A stretch of 64,000 nt of DNA from Gemmatimonadales bacterium. GTDB lineage: Bacteria > Gemmatimonadota > Gemmatimonadetes > Gemmatimonadales > GWC2-71-9. A program made the translations under genes and the position numbers. The notes under the pieces were generated by a model, which had not been told where the DNA came from, searched no databases, and saw only the letters and a list, made by a program, of their open reading frames with translations. The DNA lies in NCBI GenBank assembly GCA_036390255.1, contig DASWCE010000006.1:3975-67974 (forward strand), read 5' to 3'. This document shows, one piece after another, positions 48,689 to 58,513 of the stretch; the first letter of the stretch is position 1, and each line of letters starts with the position of its first letter.

Positions 48689-50830
48689 CTAGGGAGTAGG
48701 CTTGTCTCCCAGCCCCGCCAAATCCAGCAAGAACGCATACTCGAACGCCACGTCGTGCCAGCGCTTGTAGCGGCCTGACGCGCCGGCATGCCCCGCCTCC
48801 ATGTTCGTCCGCAGAATCAGGCGGTTGGTGTCCGTCTTCATGGCGCGCAGCTTGGCCGTCCATTTCGCCGGCTCGACATACAGCACCTGGGTATCGTACA
48901 GTCCGGCCGTGATCAGCAGGTTCGGATACGCTTTCCGCTCGACGTTGTCATACGGTGAATACGACAGCATGTACCGGTAGAACGTCGAGTCATGCGGGTT
49001 GCCCCATTCATCGTACTCACCCGTCGTCAACGGGATCGTCGAGTCCATCATCGTGGTGATGACGTCGACGTAGGGCACCCCGGCGATGACGCCTTTGAAC
49101 AGCTCCGGCCGCAGGTTGACGACCGCGCCCATCAGCAGCCCCCCGGCGCTAGCTCCCCGCGTAAACAAGCGATCCGGCGATGTGTACCCCCGGCGGATCA
49201 GATCGTCGGCAACGTCGATGAAATCGGTGAACGTGTTCTTCTTCTGCAATTGCCGGCCGTTTTCGTACCAGGCGCGCCCCATTTCGGACCCGCCGCGAAT
49301 GTGCGCGATCGCGAACACGAAACCGCGATTGAGCAGCGAGAGCCGGTCCGACGAAAACGTGGGATCCGTGCTCGAACCGTAGGATCCGTAACCGGTCAAG
49401 AGCAGTGGGGCTGGTCGTGCCGTGCTCTTCCGATACACGATCGAAACGGGTACGCGGGCGCCGTCGCGCGCAGTCGTATAAAACCGTTCGGTGACGTAGT
49501 TGGCTGGATCGAATCCCCCCAGGATCTGATCGCGCTTGAGCAAGGTCTTCTGGCGCGTCCGCATGTCGTAGTCGTACGTCGATGCCGGGGTCGTCAGCGA
49601 AGTGTAGACGTAGCGCAGCAGCGGCGTGTCGAACTCGCGGTTGGTGCTGACGTAGGCGAGATACGCGGGCTCACCGAAATCGAGGTAGTAATCATCCCGG
49701 CCGCTCCACGGGCGCACCCGCAGCTGCACCAGGCCGTCCTTCCGCTCGGTCAGGACGAGATAGTCCCGGAAGAACTCGAAGTCCTCGAGCAGCACGTCAG
49801 GCCGGTGGGGGATGACTTCTTCCCAGTTGTCCCGCCCGGGCCGGGCGACTGGCGTCCGCATGAGGCGGAAGTTCTTCGCGTGGTCATTGGTGAGGATGTA
49901 GAAAAAATCACCGAAATGGTCGGCGGAATACTCGTGCCCGCGCTCGCGTGGGATGATGACGCGGAACGGCGCGTCGGGTTGGTCGGCCCGGATGTAATGG
50001 TACTCGCTTGCCAATGTCTGCGACGATTGAATCATGATGTACGCCCGGGACTTGGTCTTGAAAACCGAGGTGTAATAGGTCTCGTCTTTGTCTTCGTAGA
50101 CCAATTGATCAGCCGAGGCCGGCGTGCCGAGCCGGTGACGATAGACCTGACACGGGCGCACGGTCACCGAATCGGGCTTCGTGTAAAACAGCGTGCGGTT
50201 GTCCTCGGCCCACGCGATGCCGCCGATCGCGCGCGGAATGACATCGGCAAACGTGACCCCGGTCCGCAAATTCTTGAAGTGAATCGCGCCGACGCGACCG
50301 CCGGTCGTGTCCACGGTGAACGCGAGCAGATCCTCCCCGGGGCTGATCTCCCAGGCCCGGATCAGGAACGTCGGCTTACCTTCAGCGAGCACGTTCGCAT
50401 CGATCAGAACCTCTTCAGGGGCATTCAGCGAACCGCGCTTTCGGGCGTAGATGGGATAGTTCTTTCCCTCCACGAGCCGCGTGTAGTAGAAGTAGTTGCC
50501 TTCGCGAAACGGCACTGATTGATCGTTCTGGAGCACGCGCCCCTTCATCTCCTCGTACAGCCGATCTTGCAGCGCTTCCGTGTGGGCCATGACCGCTTTG
50601 GTGTACGCGTTCTCGTCCTGCAGGTATTTGATGACTTCGGGGTTGTCTCGTTCCTTCAGCCAGTAGTATGGGTCGATGCGCACGGTGCCGTGCTCGTCAA
50701 AGCGATGCAGCCGTATGGCAGCCACCGGCGGCGTCAGCGGCGATGCTGCACTCGAGGTCGTCGGGGCTTGGGCGAGGATGATGCCAGGGGCGCAGGCCGC
50801 GAGGGCCAGGACACGGAAATGTGGGACCAT
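48689..50830 (-). CDS. ptrB: oligopeptidase B / prolyl oligopeptidase family S9A serine protease
   Basis: N-terminus DPYYWLKERDNPEVIKYLQDENAYT, a beta-propeller region, the catalytic GASAGGLLMG, and a C-terminal ...AGHAGASGRY. Confidence 0.92.
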   Translation of the reverse strand: MVPHFRVLALAACAPGIILAQAPTTSSAASPLTPPVAAIRLHRFDEHGTVRIDPYYWLKERDNPEVIKYLQDENAYTKAVMAHTEALQDRLYEEMKGRVLQNDQSVPFREGNYFYYTRLVEGKNYPIYARKRGSLNAPEEVLIDANVLAEGKPTFLIRAWEISPGEDLLAFTVDTTGGRVGAIHFKNLRTGVTFADVIPRAIGGIAWAEDNRTLFYTKPDSVTVRPCQVYRHRLGTPASADQLVYEDKDETYYTSVFKTKSRAYIMIQSSQTLASEYHYIRADQPDAPFRVIIPRERGHEYSADHFGDFFYILTNDHAKNFRLMRTPVARPGRDNWEEVIPHRPDVLLEDFEFFRDYLVLTERKDGLVQLRVRPWSGRDDYYLDFGEPAYLAYVSTNREFDTPLLRYVYTSLTTPASTYDYDMRTRQKTLLKRDQILGGFDPANYVTERFYTTARDGARVPVSIVYRKSTARPAPLLLTGYGSYGSSTDPTFSSDRLSLLNRGFVFAIAHIRGGSEMGRAWYENGRQLQKKNTFTDFIDVADDLIRRGYTSPDRLFTRGASAGGLLMGAVVNLRPELFKGVIAGVPYVDVITTMMDSTIPLTTGEYDEWGNPHDSTFYRYMLSYSPYDNVERKAYPNLLITAGLYDTQVLYVEPAKWTAKLRAMKTDTNRLILRTNMEAGHAGASGRYKRWHDVAFEYAFLLDLAGLGDKPTP

Positions 50831-50847
50831 GAGTTCGAATTAACGCT

Positions 50848-51450
50848 ATGTTTCGGGCCGTGACCACCCCCTCCGCTCCGATCGTCTTTGCGATCACCGG
50901 GGCGTCTGGCGCGCCGTACGCCGTTCGGCTGCTCGAGATGTTCGTCAACCACCACGTGCCGACGTGGCTGCTCGTGTCGGCGCACGGCTGGCGACTGCTC
51001 GCCGAGGAATGCGGTCTCAAAGATGAAGCGGCATTGAAGAAGGCGACCGGCGGCGATTGGACCAGCGTCCGATCCTTCAATGATGCGGATCGCGGCGCGG
51101 AACCGGCCTCGGGATCGGTGCAGACGCTCGGGATGGTGGTCTGTCCCTGCTCGATGGGCACGATGGCCGCAATCGCGCAGGGCACCAGCCGCTCCCTCAT
51201 CGAGCGCGCGGCCGATGTAACGCTCAAAGAGCGGCGCAAGCTGATCCTAGTGCCGCGCGAGACGCCGCTCTCACGCGTTCATCTGCGGAACATGATGCTC
51301 GCGGCCGAGGCAGGAGCCACCATACTTCCCGCGGCTCCCGGCTTCTATCAGCGTCCCAAAGAAATCAGCCAGCTGGTGGACTTCATCGTGCAGCGCATCG
51401 TGGACCACTTGGGGCTCAGCATCCACCTGCTCAAACCGTGGCAGGGGTGA
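50848..51450 (+). CDS. ubiX: flavin prenyltransferase
   Basis: ITGASGAPYAVRLLE, VCPCSMGTMAAIAQGTS, and KLILVPRETPL. Confidence 0.93.
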   Translation: MFRAVTTPSAPIVFAITGASGAPYAVRLLEMFVNHHVPTWLLVSAHGWRLLAEECGLKDEAALKKATGGDWTSVRSFNDADRGAEPASGSVQTLGMVVCPCSMGTMAAIAQGTSRSLIERAADVTLKERRKLILVPRETPLSRVHLRNMMLAAEAGATILPAAPGFYQRPKEISQLVDFIVQRIVDHLGLSIHLLKPWQG

Positions 51451-51881
51451 CCGTGGACGTGCGTGAGCTGCTGTCCCGCGAGGTCACGCCGGAGCTGTAC
51501 CGCGAGATCCGCGAGCTTTGGAAGGCGCACTCGATCGCCGAGGATAGGCGCGACATTGCGGGTTTGATCGCGACGCTGACGCCGGATTGTGTGTACGAAG
51601 TGGCGGGTGAGCAGGGCGCGCGCTGGGAGGGCCACGCCGGCGCCACAAAGTTTTATCTGACGCTCCTCGGCGCCATTCCCGACATCCATTTCGATCTCCA
51701 GCAGATCGTGATCGGCCCACAGGGTGTGTGTGAAGAGGCGAAGGTGACCGGGACGCAACAGGGTCCTTGGCTGTCGCGCCCCGCGACAGGCGCAAAGGTC
51801 GAATTTCGCGTCGTGATTTTCTTTCCCTGGGACCCCGCGGCCAAGAAGTTCAAGGGCGAGCGCGTCTTTTTGCAGGGTTAG
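51438..51881 (+). CDS. SnoaL-like / NTF2-fold protein (ester-cyclase family)
   Basis: 147 aa. The pattern W..H...E..RD...L..TL..D.VYE...G....G......Y......PD is typical of SnoaL-like cyclases. It overlaps the ubiX end by 13 nt. Confidence 0.65.
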   Translation: MAGVTVDVRELLSREVTPELYREIRELWKAHSIAEDRRDIAGLIATLTPDCVYEVAGEQGARWEGHAGATKFYLTLLGAIPDIHFDLQQIVIGPQGVCEEAKVTGTQQGPWLSRPATGAKVEFRVVIFFPWDPAAKKFKGERVFLQG

Positions 51882-51914
51882 CGCATCTCCTTTCGAAAAC
51901 CCCTGGAGCAGCGC

Positions 51915-53006
51915 GTGCGGTTGCGAACCGTCCTTTTCACGACGCACCTCTGGCTTGGCCTCATCGCGGGTGCGTTCATCGCGCTGCTCGGTGCCACCGG
52001 CGCTATCATGGCGTTCGAACCGGAGATCGAACACGCCCTGCATCCGCACCTGTGGTACGTCCAAGTGCCCGCCGGCACTCGACCGCTCACCCTCGGCCAG
52101 ATCAGCGCAGAAGTCACACGCGCTTTCCCCGGCGACACGATCACCGGTTATCAGGCATCCACCAAACCGGGCATCTCCTATCAGGTCGGCCTGACGCGCA
52201 GCCTCGTGTTCGTAAACCAGTACTCCGGAGCCATTCTGGGGCAGCTGCGCTTCGGCAGGCCGGACTTCCTCAACGTCATCCATCAGCTGCATACGCACCT
52301 GCTGTTCCGTGGCCTGGGCGACCTCGGCGGGAAGGTGGTGACGGGCGCCGCGCTCGCGCTCTTCTGCATGTTGCTCACCGGACTGTATCTGTGGTGGCCC
52401 CTCAAGCGGTTCAGCATCAGCTGGCGTGGTATCGAGGCGCGCCGGAGCTGGTTCGACATCCACAACAGCAGCGGCATCCTCACGCTGATGTTTGTGCTGC
52501 TGCTGTGCGCGACGGGTCTCGTCATAGGGTTCGAGGGGACGAGTACCGGTCTGTTCTACCGCCTCACCGGATCACACCCCGCGCCGCGGCCTGATTTGCA
52601 CGTCCCGGTCCCGCCCGGAAACGCCGTGCAGATTGGACCCGACAGCGCGTTCGCGATTGCGCGAGCCGCGCTGCCGGGCGCCATGCCCTTCGAAGCGGAT
52701 GTGCCGGCTCGCAACCAAGCGTATTTCGTCCGCGCGCGCTATCTCGAGGATCGGACGCCGGGGGGCCGCAGTCAGGTCGTCATCGATTCGTACACGGGCC
52801 GCGTGCTTTTTGCGCAAGGATCGCGGACCGCGCCGGGCGGCGCACGCATGGTCATCGCCAATCGTGCGATGCACACCGGTGACATTGGGGGGATACCGGG
52901 AAAAGTGATCGTGTCGCTCGCGAGCCTCGCGGCGGTGGTGCAAGTCATCACCGGGCTGTTGATGTGGCTCAGGCGGGGGCAGCCGGACGTCGAGCCGTTG
53001 CCATAG
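51915..53006 (+). CDS. PepSY-associated TM-helix protein (PiuB-like)
   Basis: N-terminus LRTVLFTTHLWLGLIAGAFIALLGATGAIMAFEPE, four spaced TM helices, and a C-terminal MHTGDIGG. Confidence 0.8.
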   Translation: MRLRTVLFTTHLWLGLIAGAFIALLGATGAIMAFEPEIEHALHPHLWYVQVPAGTRPLTLGQISAEVTRAFPGDTITGYQASTKPGISYQVGLTRSLVFVNQYSGAILGQLRFGRPDFLNVIHQLHTHLLFRGLGDLGGKVVTGAALALFCMLLTGLYLWWPLKRFSISWRGIEARRSWFDIHNSSGILTLMFVLLLCATGLVIGFEGTSTGLFYRLTGSHPAPRPDLHVPVPPGNAVQIGPDSAFAIARAALPGAMPFEADVPARNQAYFVRARYLEDRTPGGRSQVVIDSYTGRVLFAQGSRTAPGGARMVIANRAMHTGDIGGIPGKVIVSLASLAAVVQVITGLLMWLRRGQPDVEPLP

Positions 53007-53056
53007 GCGCAACGCGCACGCAGTTTCCGCAGCACCGCTTCCCTGGGGAGCCGCTT

Positions 53057-54721
53057 GTGCGCCGCATTGGCTTGCTTGCCACTCTCGTCATGTCGCCGCT
53101 CATCGCCGCAGGAGCGCAGGACACGACGCGCTACACCCACGCCGATACCTTGCGCGGCTCGAACGGCCCCGCACGCGCCTGGTGGGACGTGCAGTTCTAC
53201 GACCTCCACACGCGCGTGAACCCGCGAGATTCCACCATCAGCGGCTGGAACGGCATCACCTACCGCGTCCTGCAGACTCCGCCCGCGCGTGAGATGCAGA
53301 TCGATCTCCAGGTGCCGCTGGAGGTGGACAGCATCGTTCAGGACCGACGGAAGCTCACGTACCGGCGCGACGGCAATGCCTTCTTCGTGACGCTCGCTGC
53401 GCGGCAACGCCCGGGCGAGACGCGGATGATCACGGTGTGGTATCGCGGCAAGCCGCGTGTCGGGCGGCGGCTGCCCTGGGATGGCGGGTTTACGTTCCCG
53501 CTGGACAGCCTGGGCCGTCTGTGGATCGCAACTGCCAACGAGGGCCTGGGCGCGAGCGTCTGGTGGCCGAACAAGGACTATCTGGCCGACGAGCCCGACA
53601 GCCAGCGCATCGCGATTACCGTGCCCGATTCGCTGATCGACGTGTCAAATGGGCGGCTGCGTAGCACGACCAAAACCCTAGACGGCGCGACGACGTACGA
53701 ATGGTTCGTGACGAGCCCGATCAACAACTATGACGTGACGATCAACGCGGGCCGGTATGCTCACTTCAGCGATACGCTGAACGGCGAAGCGGGGCGGCTG
53801 ACACTCGACTTCTGGCCGCTCGACTATCACGCCGATACCGCGCGGCGACAGTTCCAGCAGGTGATTCCCATGCTGCGGTGCTTTGAGCACTGGTTCGGGC
53901 CGTATCCGTGGTACGCCGATGGCTACAAGCTCGTGGAGACGCCGCACCTGGGCATGGAGCATCAAAGCGCCGTCGCCTATGGCAACCATTACCTCAACGG
54001 CTATCTCGGTCGCGACCTGTCGCGCACGGGACTGGGCCTGCAGTGGGATTTCATCATTGTGCACGAGAGCGCACACGAATGGTGGGGCAACAACATCTCG
54101 GCGCAGGACCACGCCGACATGTGGCTGCACGAGAGCTTCGCGAACTACGCCGAGGGGATTTACACCGAGTGCCGGCTGGGGAAGATGGCGGGCGCTGCGT
54201 ACATGATCGGCGCGCGCAGCGGGATCCGCAACGACCGGCCCATCGTGCCCGTATTCGGCGTCAACGCTCAGGGCTCGGGGGACATGTATCCCAAGGGCGG
54301 GAACATGTTGCACACGATTCGCGCGATCATCGACGATGACGCGAAGTGGCGCGACATCCTGCGGGGGCTGAACAAGACGTTCTGGCACCAGACCGTGACA
54401 GGCGCGCAAGTCGAGGACTATATCAGCCGCGGAGCGGGGATCGATCTGAGCAAAGTGTTCGCGCAATACCTCACGACCACACAAATCCCTGCGTTCGAGT
54501 ATCGGATCGAGAGTGGGAAGATCTCCTACCATTGGGCCAACGTCGTATCCGGGTTCGACATGCCCGTCCGCGTGAACGTTCCGGGGCTGGGCACGCGCGT
54601 CCTGCATCCGACGGAAGCATGGCAGACCCTGGACGTTGCGTCGTCCCGGGCCGCGGAGCTCAGCGTGGACGAGAACTTCTATGTCACGGCGCGAGCGATT
54701 GGAGCGACGACAGGTCAGTGA
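53057..54721 (+). CDS. M1-family zinc aminopeptidase
   Basis: GMEHQS exopeptidase motif, the zinc site HESAHEWWGN with downstream WLHESFANY, and a signal peptide after the GTG at 53057. Confidence 0.88.
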   Translation: MRRIGLLATLVMSPLIAAGAQDTTRYTHADTLRGSNGPARAWWDVQFYDLHTRVNPRDSTISGWNGITYRVLQTPPAREMQIDLQVPLEVDSIVQDRRKLTYRRDGNAFFVTLAARQRPGETRMITVWYRGKPRVGRRLPWDGGFTFPLDSLGRLWIATANEGLGASVWWPNKDYLADEPDSQRIAITVPDSLIDVSNGRLRSTTKTLDGATTYEWFVTSPINNYDVTINAGRYAHFSDTLNGEAGRLTLDFWPLDYHADTARRQFQQVIPMLRCFEHWFGPYPWYADGYKLVETPHLGMEHQSAVAYGNHYLNGYLGRDLSRTGLGLQWDFIIVHESAHEWWGNNISAQDHADMWLHESFANYAEGIYTECRLGKMAGAAYMIGARSGIRNDRPIVPVFGVNAQGSGDMYPKGGNMLHTIRAIIDDDAKWRDILRGLNKTFWHQTVTGAQVEDYISRGAGIDLSKVFAQYLTTTQIPAFEYRIESGKISYHWANVVSGFDMPVRVNVPGLGTRVLHPTEAWQTLDVASSRAAELSVDENFYVTARAIGATTGQ

Positions 54722-55212
54722 GACTCGGGGTCATCTCGGATACGCATGGCATGCTGCGGCCGCACGTGTTCGAGATCTTTCGCGAAGTCGATCACATACT
54801 CCATGGCGGAGATGTCGGGCGCAATGACCTCTTGATCGAGCTGCGCGCCCTGGCGCCGGTGACGGCAGTGTACGGCAACGCCGACGGCTTCGACCTGCGG
54901 TCCCAGCTGCCGCAAGTCGCCGAGCTCGAGCTCGACGGCTTTCCCATCGTTGTCACGCACGGCGATCAGTTCGGCAGTCCCGATCCCGCCAAGCTGCACG
55001 AGGCTTTTCCACACGCCGAGATCATCATCTTTGGGCACAGCCACCGGCCGTTGCTCGAGCTGGTGGACAAGACCGTCACCGTGATGAATCCGGGTGGCGC
55101 GGGCGCGCCGCGGTTTGGGATCCCGCCAAGTGTCGGGATTTTGGAGCTGGAGGCCGGCATCCCACCGCGGGGCAGAATCGTGAATCTTCGGCTCGACCGG
55201 CGCCGTACCTAG
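54718..55212 (+). CDS. YfcE/MJ0936-family metallophosphoesterase
   Basis: LGVISDTHG, HGGD, GNAD, THGD and GHSH in canonical order. The GTG start overlaps the upstream stop (GTGA). The longer ORF (54346) is an out-of-frame overlap. Confidence 0.88.
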   Translation: MRLGVISDTHGMLRPHVFEIFREVDHILHGGDVGRNDLLIELRALAPVTAVYGNADGFDLRSQLPQVAELELDGFPIVVTHGDQFGSPDPAKLHEAFPHAEIIIFGHSHRPLLELVDKTVTVMNPGGAGAPRFGIPPSVGILELEAGIPPRGRIVNLRLDRRRT

Positions 55213-55242
55213 CGGGCCCAGTCAGATCGTACAGGAGGTTCG

Positions 55243-55878
55243 GTGAGAGTCGGCCTGGTGCTCTTGCTTGTGGCGGCTCTTGGGTGCGCCAGCCATGCGG
55301 CCCCTCCTCCTGCTCGGGGCGCCGCCCCAAGTCCCGCGAGGCGGGGGTCGCCGCGCACGGCGGTGTCGGCAACGCTGGACGACGTGCTGCGGGACGATCT
55401 GGCCGAGGACCACGCGTTCGCGTGGGCCGCAGGGCGGCCGCTCGCCTGGAGCGACTTCCAAGCGTCCCCGCCCCCGGGAGGCGCGGAAGGTGCGAAGACT
55501 TCGTACACACTGTACTGGGTCTGGAAATGCAGAGGTGAGGTGTTCGAGTTTCGGGCGATCGCCGGATTCCGGCCGCGGCAGTCGTGGGTGAAGGCGATCG
55601 TCCTGAACGACAGCACGCAACGCGGGACCGTCCTGCGCCACGAGCAGACGCATTTCGATCTGGCGGAGGTGCATGCCCGCTGGATGCGGCGCGCGTTCGC
55701 GGATTTGGCCCGCCCCTGCGCCAACACCGATGCGGAGCTGAGAGCCTTGGCGGAGCGGCTCGCCCAAGAGGAGCAGGTCGAGCAGCGCCGCTACGATGCC
55801 GAGACGAACCATGGGCTCCTGGCGGCCCAACAGGCGGCGTGGAGCCGGAACGTCGCGCGGCGGCTTTCTTCGCCTTGA
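55243..55878 (+). CDS. DUF922-family putative zinc-dependent lipoprotein
   Basis: Lipobox LVAALGCAS and the HEQTHFD motif, as in DUF922 (predicted secreted Zn protease). Confidence 0.65.
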   Translation: MRVGLVLLLVAALGCASHAAPPPARGAAPSPARRGSPRTAVSATLDDVLRDDLAEDHAFAWAAGRPLAWSDFQASPPPGGAEGAKTSYTLYWVWKCRGEVFEFRAIAGFRPRQSWVKAIVLNDSTQRGTVLRHEQTHFDLAEVHARWMRRAFADLARPCANTDAELRALAERLAQEEQVEQRRYDAETNHGLLAAQQAAWSRNVARRLSSP

Positions 55879-56173
55879 CCGGCCTGGTACCACTTCTTAG
55901 TTTGCTCGCAGAAGCCTCCGAAAATACGAAAGGGTCTCGGACTGAAATGATTCGTTACTCCACCGTCTCGCCCATGCTGCGTCGTATTTGGGCTGAGCCT
56001 GGCACGCAGTGCCGGCTTGGGCCATTCGAGGACGCGCGTGGGCGTATTGCGTCCGGTATTGCCGGCGCGGGTGGAGGTGGAGGAGCACCCTAGAAGTCGA
56101 TCGGATCGTATCTGTGCCGTGATCCGGCCTTCCGGGTGCTTCATGGACCTGGGGGGCCGTTCTGTTAGGCGTT

Positions 56174-56197
56174 CCCCCTCTCCTGAGGGAGAGGGGG
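56174..56197 (+). promoter_or_regulatory. 10-bp perfect hairpin in the leader of the ABC exporter gene
   Basis: CCCCCTCTCC-TGAG-GGAGAGGGGG. It lies 27 nt upstream of the ATG at 56225 and just 5' of the SD-like GAGGAGAGGA. Confidence 0.4.
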
Positions 56198-56224
56198 ACA
56201 GGGGGTGAGGAGAGGATCACGGAC

Positions 56225-58492
56225 ATGAGCACGCAGCAACATCTCGACGACCACATCATTGCGCGCTACACGGCCCAGCCGACTCGGCTCCCTGCGGAGC
56301 TGCGCCGGCAGATCGAGCACGCCTGGCAGGGCGCCCCCGTGCAGCTCTACGCGCTCGCCGACCTTGACCAGGGCCTGCGGCTCACCGAGGCATGGCTGGC
56401 CCTTGGCCCGCGGCACCTCGCGGTCGCGAAGCGCGACAGCCAAGGCTGGGATGTCCGCAGCGTCGAGCGGTCGCGCATCGAGGCGGTCCGTGAAGCCCCC
56501 GGATTGTCAGCCAACACTCTGACGATTCTCGGCAGCCCGGGCGAGCCGGCGGTGGCGCTCCTGCGCTACACGCACCGGCAACGGCGCGCGTTCGAGAACA
56601 TCCGGTTCGTGATCGAGGAGCAGATCCAGGGCATCGCCCGGGAGCTCGCGGATGCCGATGCGGATCGGCTGTATGCTGAGAGCGTCGCGCGGCCGATCCG
56701 GGATGCGCAGGCGCTGGTTTCCGGCCGGCAGACGGCCGTCATTCGGCGGCTGCTCGGCTACCTCAAGCCGTACCGTCGCCAGCTGACGCTGGGAATGGCG
56801 GCCGCCACGGTGATTACGCTGGTCAGTCTGGTGCCGCCGTACCTGGCGGGCCATCTGATCGACCGCGTCGTTCGTCCGGCCCAGGCGGGCTCGCTGCCGC
56901 TGGGTCGCGCGGTCACGATCGCATGGCTCGCGGTCGCCGCGATGGGGGTTGTCTATCTCGTCCGGCAGGCGGCGGCGCATGTCCGGCTGCGCCTGATGTC
57001 GATCCTGGGCGAGTGGGTCGCGCGTGACCTGCGCGCCGAGCTGTACGAGCACATTCAGCGCTTGAGCCTCGCGTTCTTCTCGCGCAAGCGGACCGGCAGC
57101 CTGATCACGCGCGTGTCCGCCGATACCGACCGGCTGTGGGACTTTCTGGCATTCGGCGTCGTGGATGTGTCGCTCTCGCTCGTGATGCTCGCGGGGCTTG
57201 GGGCCGTCCTGCTCACGCTCGACTGGCGGCTGGGCCTAGTGATGACCCTGCCCGTGCCGCTCTTCTGCTGGCTGATCTACCGGCACAGCGAAGACATCAC
57301 GAGGCTGTTCATCCGCGCGTGGCGGAAGTGGTCACGGGTGACGGACGTGCTGTCGGATACGATTCCGGGCATCCGCGTGGTCAAGGCGTTCAACCAGGAG
57401 CAGCGGGAGATCGGACGCTTTGGTGACCGCAACGAGGACGTGACGGCCGAGTTCAACCGCATCCATGCGTCGTGGACGACGTTTTGGCCGTTGCTGATGC
57501 TCGGCGTCCACATGATGACCGTCGCGGTGTGGGTGTTCGCCGTCCCGCGGCTGCTCGGGGCCGGCGCGCAGCTGCCGGTGGGAACGTTCGTCTCGTTCCT
57601 GCTCTACACGACGATGTTCGTCGGGCCCATCGAGGTGATCGGCCAGATGGCGCGCACGATCAACCGGGCGGCGACGTCGGCGCACCGGGTGTTCGAGGTG
57701 CTCGATACGGAGCCGGAGATCCGCGACGTGGCGGTGCCGGTGCGGCTCGAGCCGGTGCACGGCCGAGTGACGTTTGACCACGTGACATTCGGCTATGACG
57801 GCGTCCGGCAGGTGCTGCGCGGCGTGAGTTTCGACGTCGCACCGGGCGAGCTGATCGGACTCGTGGGACCGTCGGGTGGCGGCAAGACCACGATCGTGAA
57901 CCTGATCGCGCGCTTCTACGACGTGACTGGGGGAGCGATTTGCATCGACGGCGTCGATATCCGGCGCCTCGATACGGGGCACTTCCGGCGGCAAATCGGA
58001 ATGGTGCTCCAGGATCCGTATCTGTTCCACGGAACGGTGCTGGAGAACATCCGCTACGGCTTGCCGGCAGCGTCGTTGAATCAGGTCGTTGCAGCCGCGC
58101 GGGCGGCAAACGCCCACGACTTCATCACCAAGCTGCAGCACGGCTATGACACGGTGGTGGGGGAGCGGGGCCATACGCTGTCGGGCGGCGAGCGCCAGCG
58201 CGTCTCGATCGCGCGGGCGATCCTGCACGATCCTCGGATCCTCATTCTGGACGAGGCGACGAGCAGCGTGGATACCGAAACCGAGCGCGAGATCCAGCAG
58301 GCGCTCGAGCGATTGGTCGCTGGGCGGACGGTGTTTGCCATCGCGCACCGGCTCTCGACGCTGCGGAAGGCGTCACGGCTGTTCGTGATCGAGGAGGGCC
58401 GCCTAGTGGAGCACGGGACGCATGCGGAGCTCTTAGCTCAGCCGGAGGGAAAGTATCGGAAGCTGTATGAGCTGCAGGTTCAGTTGGCCTAA
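56225..58492 (+). CDS. ABC exporter (fused TMD-NBD, MsbA-like) with ~165-aa N-terminal extension
   Basis: Six-TM exporter domain, Walker A GPSGGGKTT, signature LSGGERQR, and Walker B ILILDEATS. The N-terminal soluble domain has no obvious motif. Confidence 0.92.
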   Translation: MSTQQHLDDHIIARYTAQPTRLPAELRRQIEHAWQGAPVQLYALADLDQGLRLTEAWLALGPRHLAVAKRDSQGWDVRSVERSRIEAVREAPGLSANTLTILGSPGEPAVALLRYTHRQRRAFENIRFVIEEQIQGIARELADADADRLYAESVARPIRDAQALVSGRQTAVIRRLLGYLKPYRRQLTLGMAAATVITLVSLVPPYLAGHLIDRVVRPAQAGSLPLGRAVTIAWLAVAAMGVVYLVRQAAAHVRLRLMSILGEWVARDLRAELYEHIQRLSLAFFSRKRTGSLITRVSADTDRLWDFLAFGVVDVSLSLVMLAGLGAVLLTLDWRLGLVMTLPVPLFCWLIYRHSEDITRLFIRAWRKWSRVTDVLSDTIPGIRVVKAFNQEQREIGRFGDRNEDVTAEFNRIHASWTTFWPLLMLGVHMMTVAVWVFAVPRLLGAGAQLPVGTFVSFLLYTTMFVGPIEVIGQMARTINRAATSAHRVFEVLDTEPEIRDVAVPVRLEPVHGRVTFDHVTFGYDGVRQVLRGVSFDVAPGELIGLVGPSGGGKTTIVNLIARFYDVTGGAICIDGVDIRRLDTGHFRRQIGMVLQDPYLFHGTVLENIRYGLPAASLNQVVAAARAANAHDFITKLQHGYDTVVGERGHTLSGGERQRVSIARAILHDPRILILDEATSSVDTETEREIQQALERLVAGRTVFAIAHRLSTLRKASRLFVIEEGRLVEHGTHAELLAQPEGKYRKLYELQVQLA

Positions 58493-58513
58493 AGCCGATA
58501 ACAAGGAGGTTAC

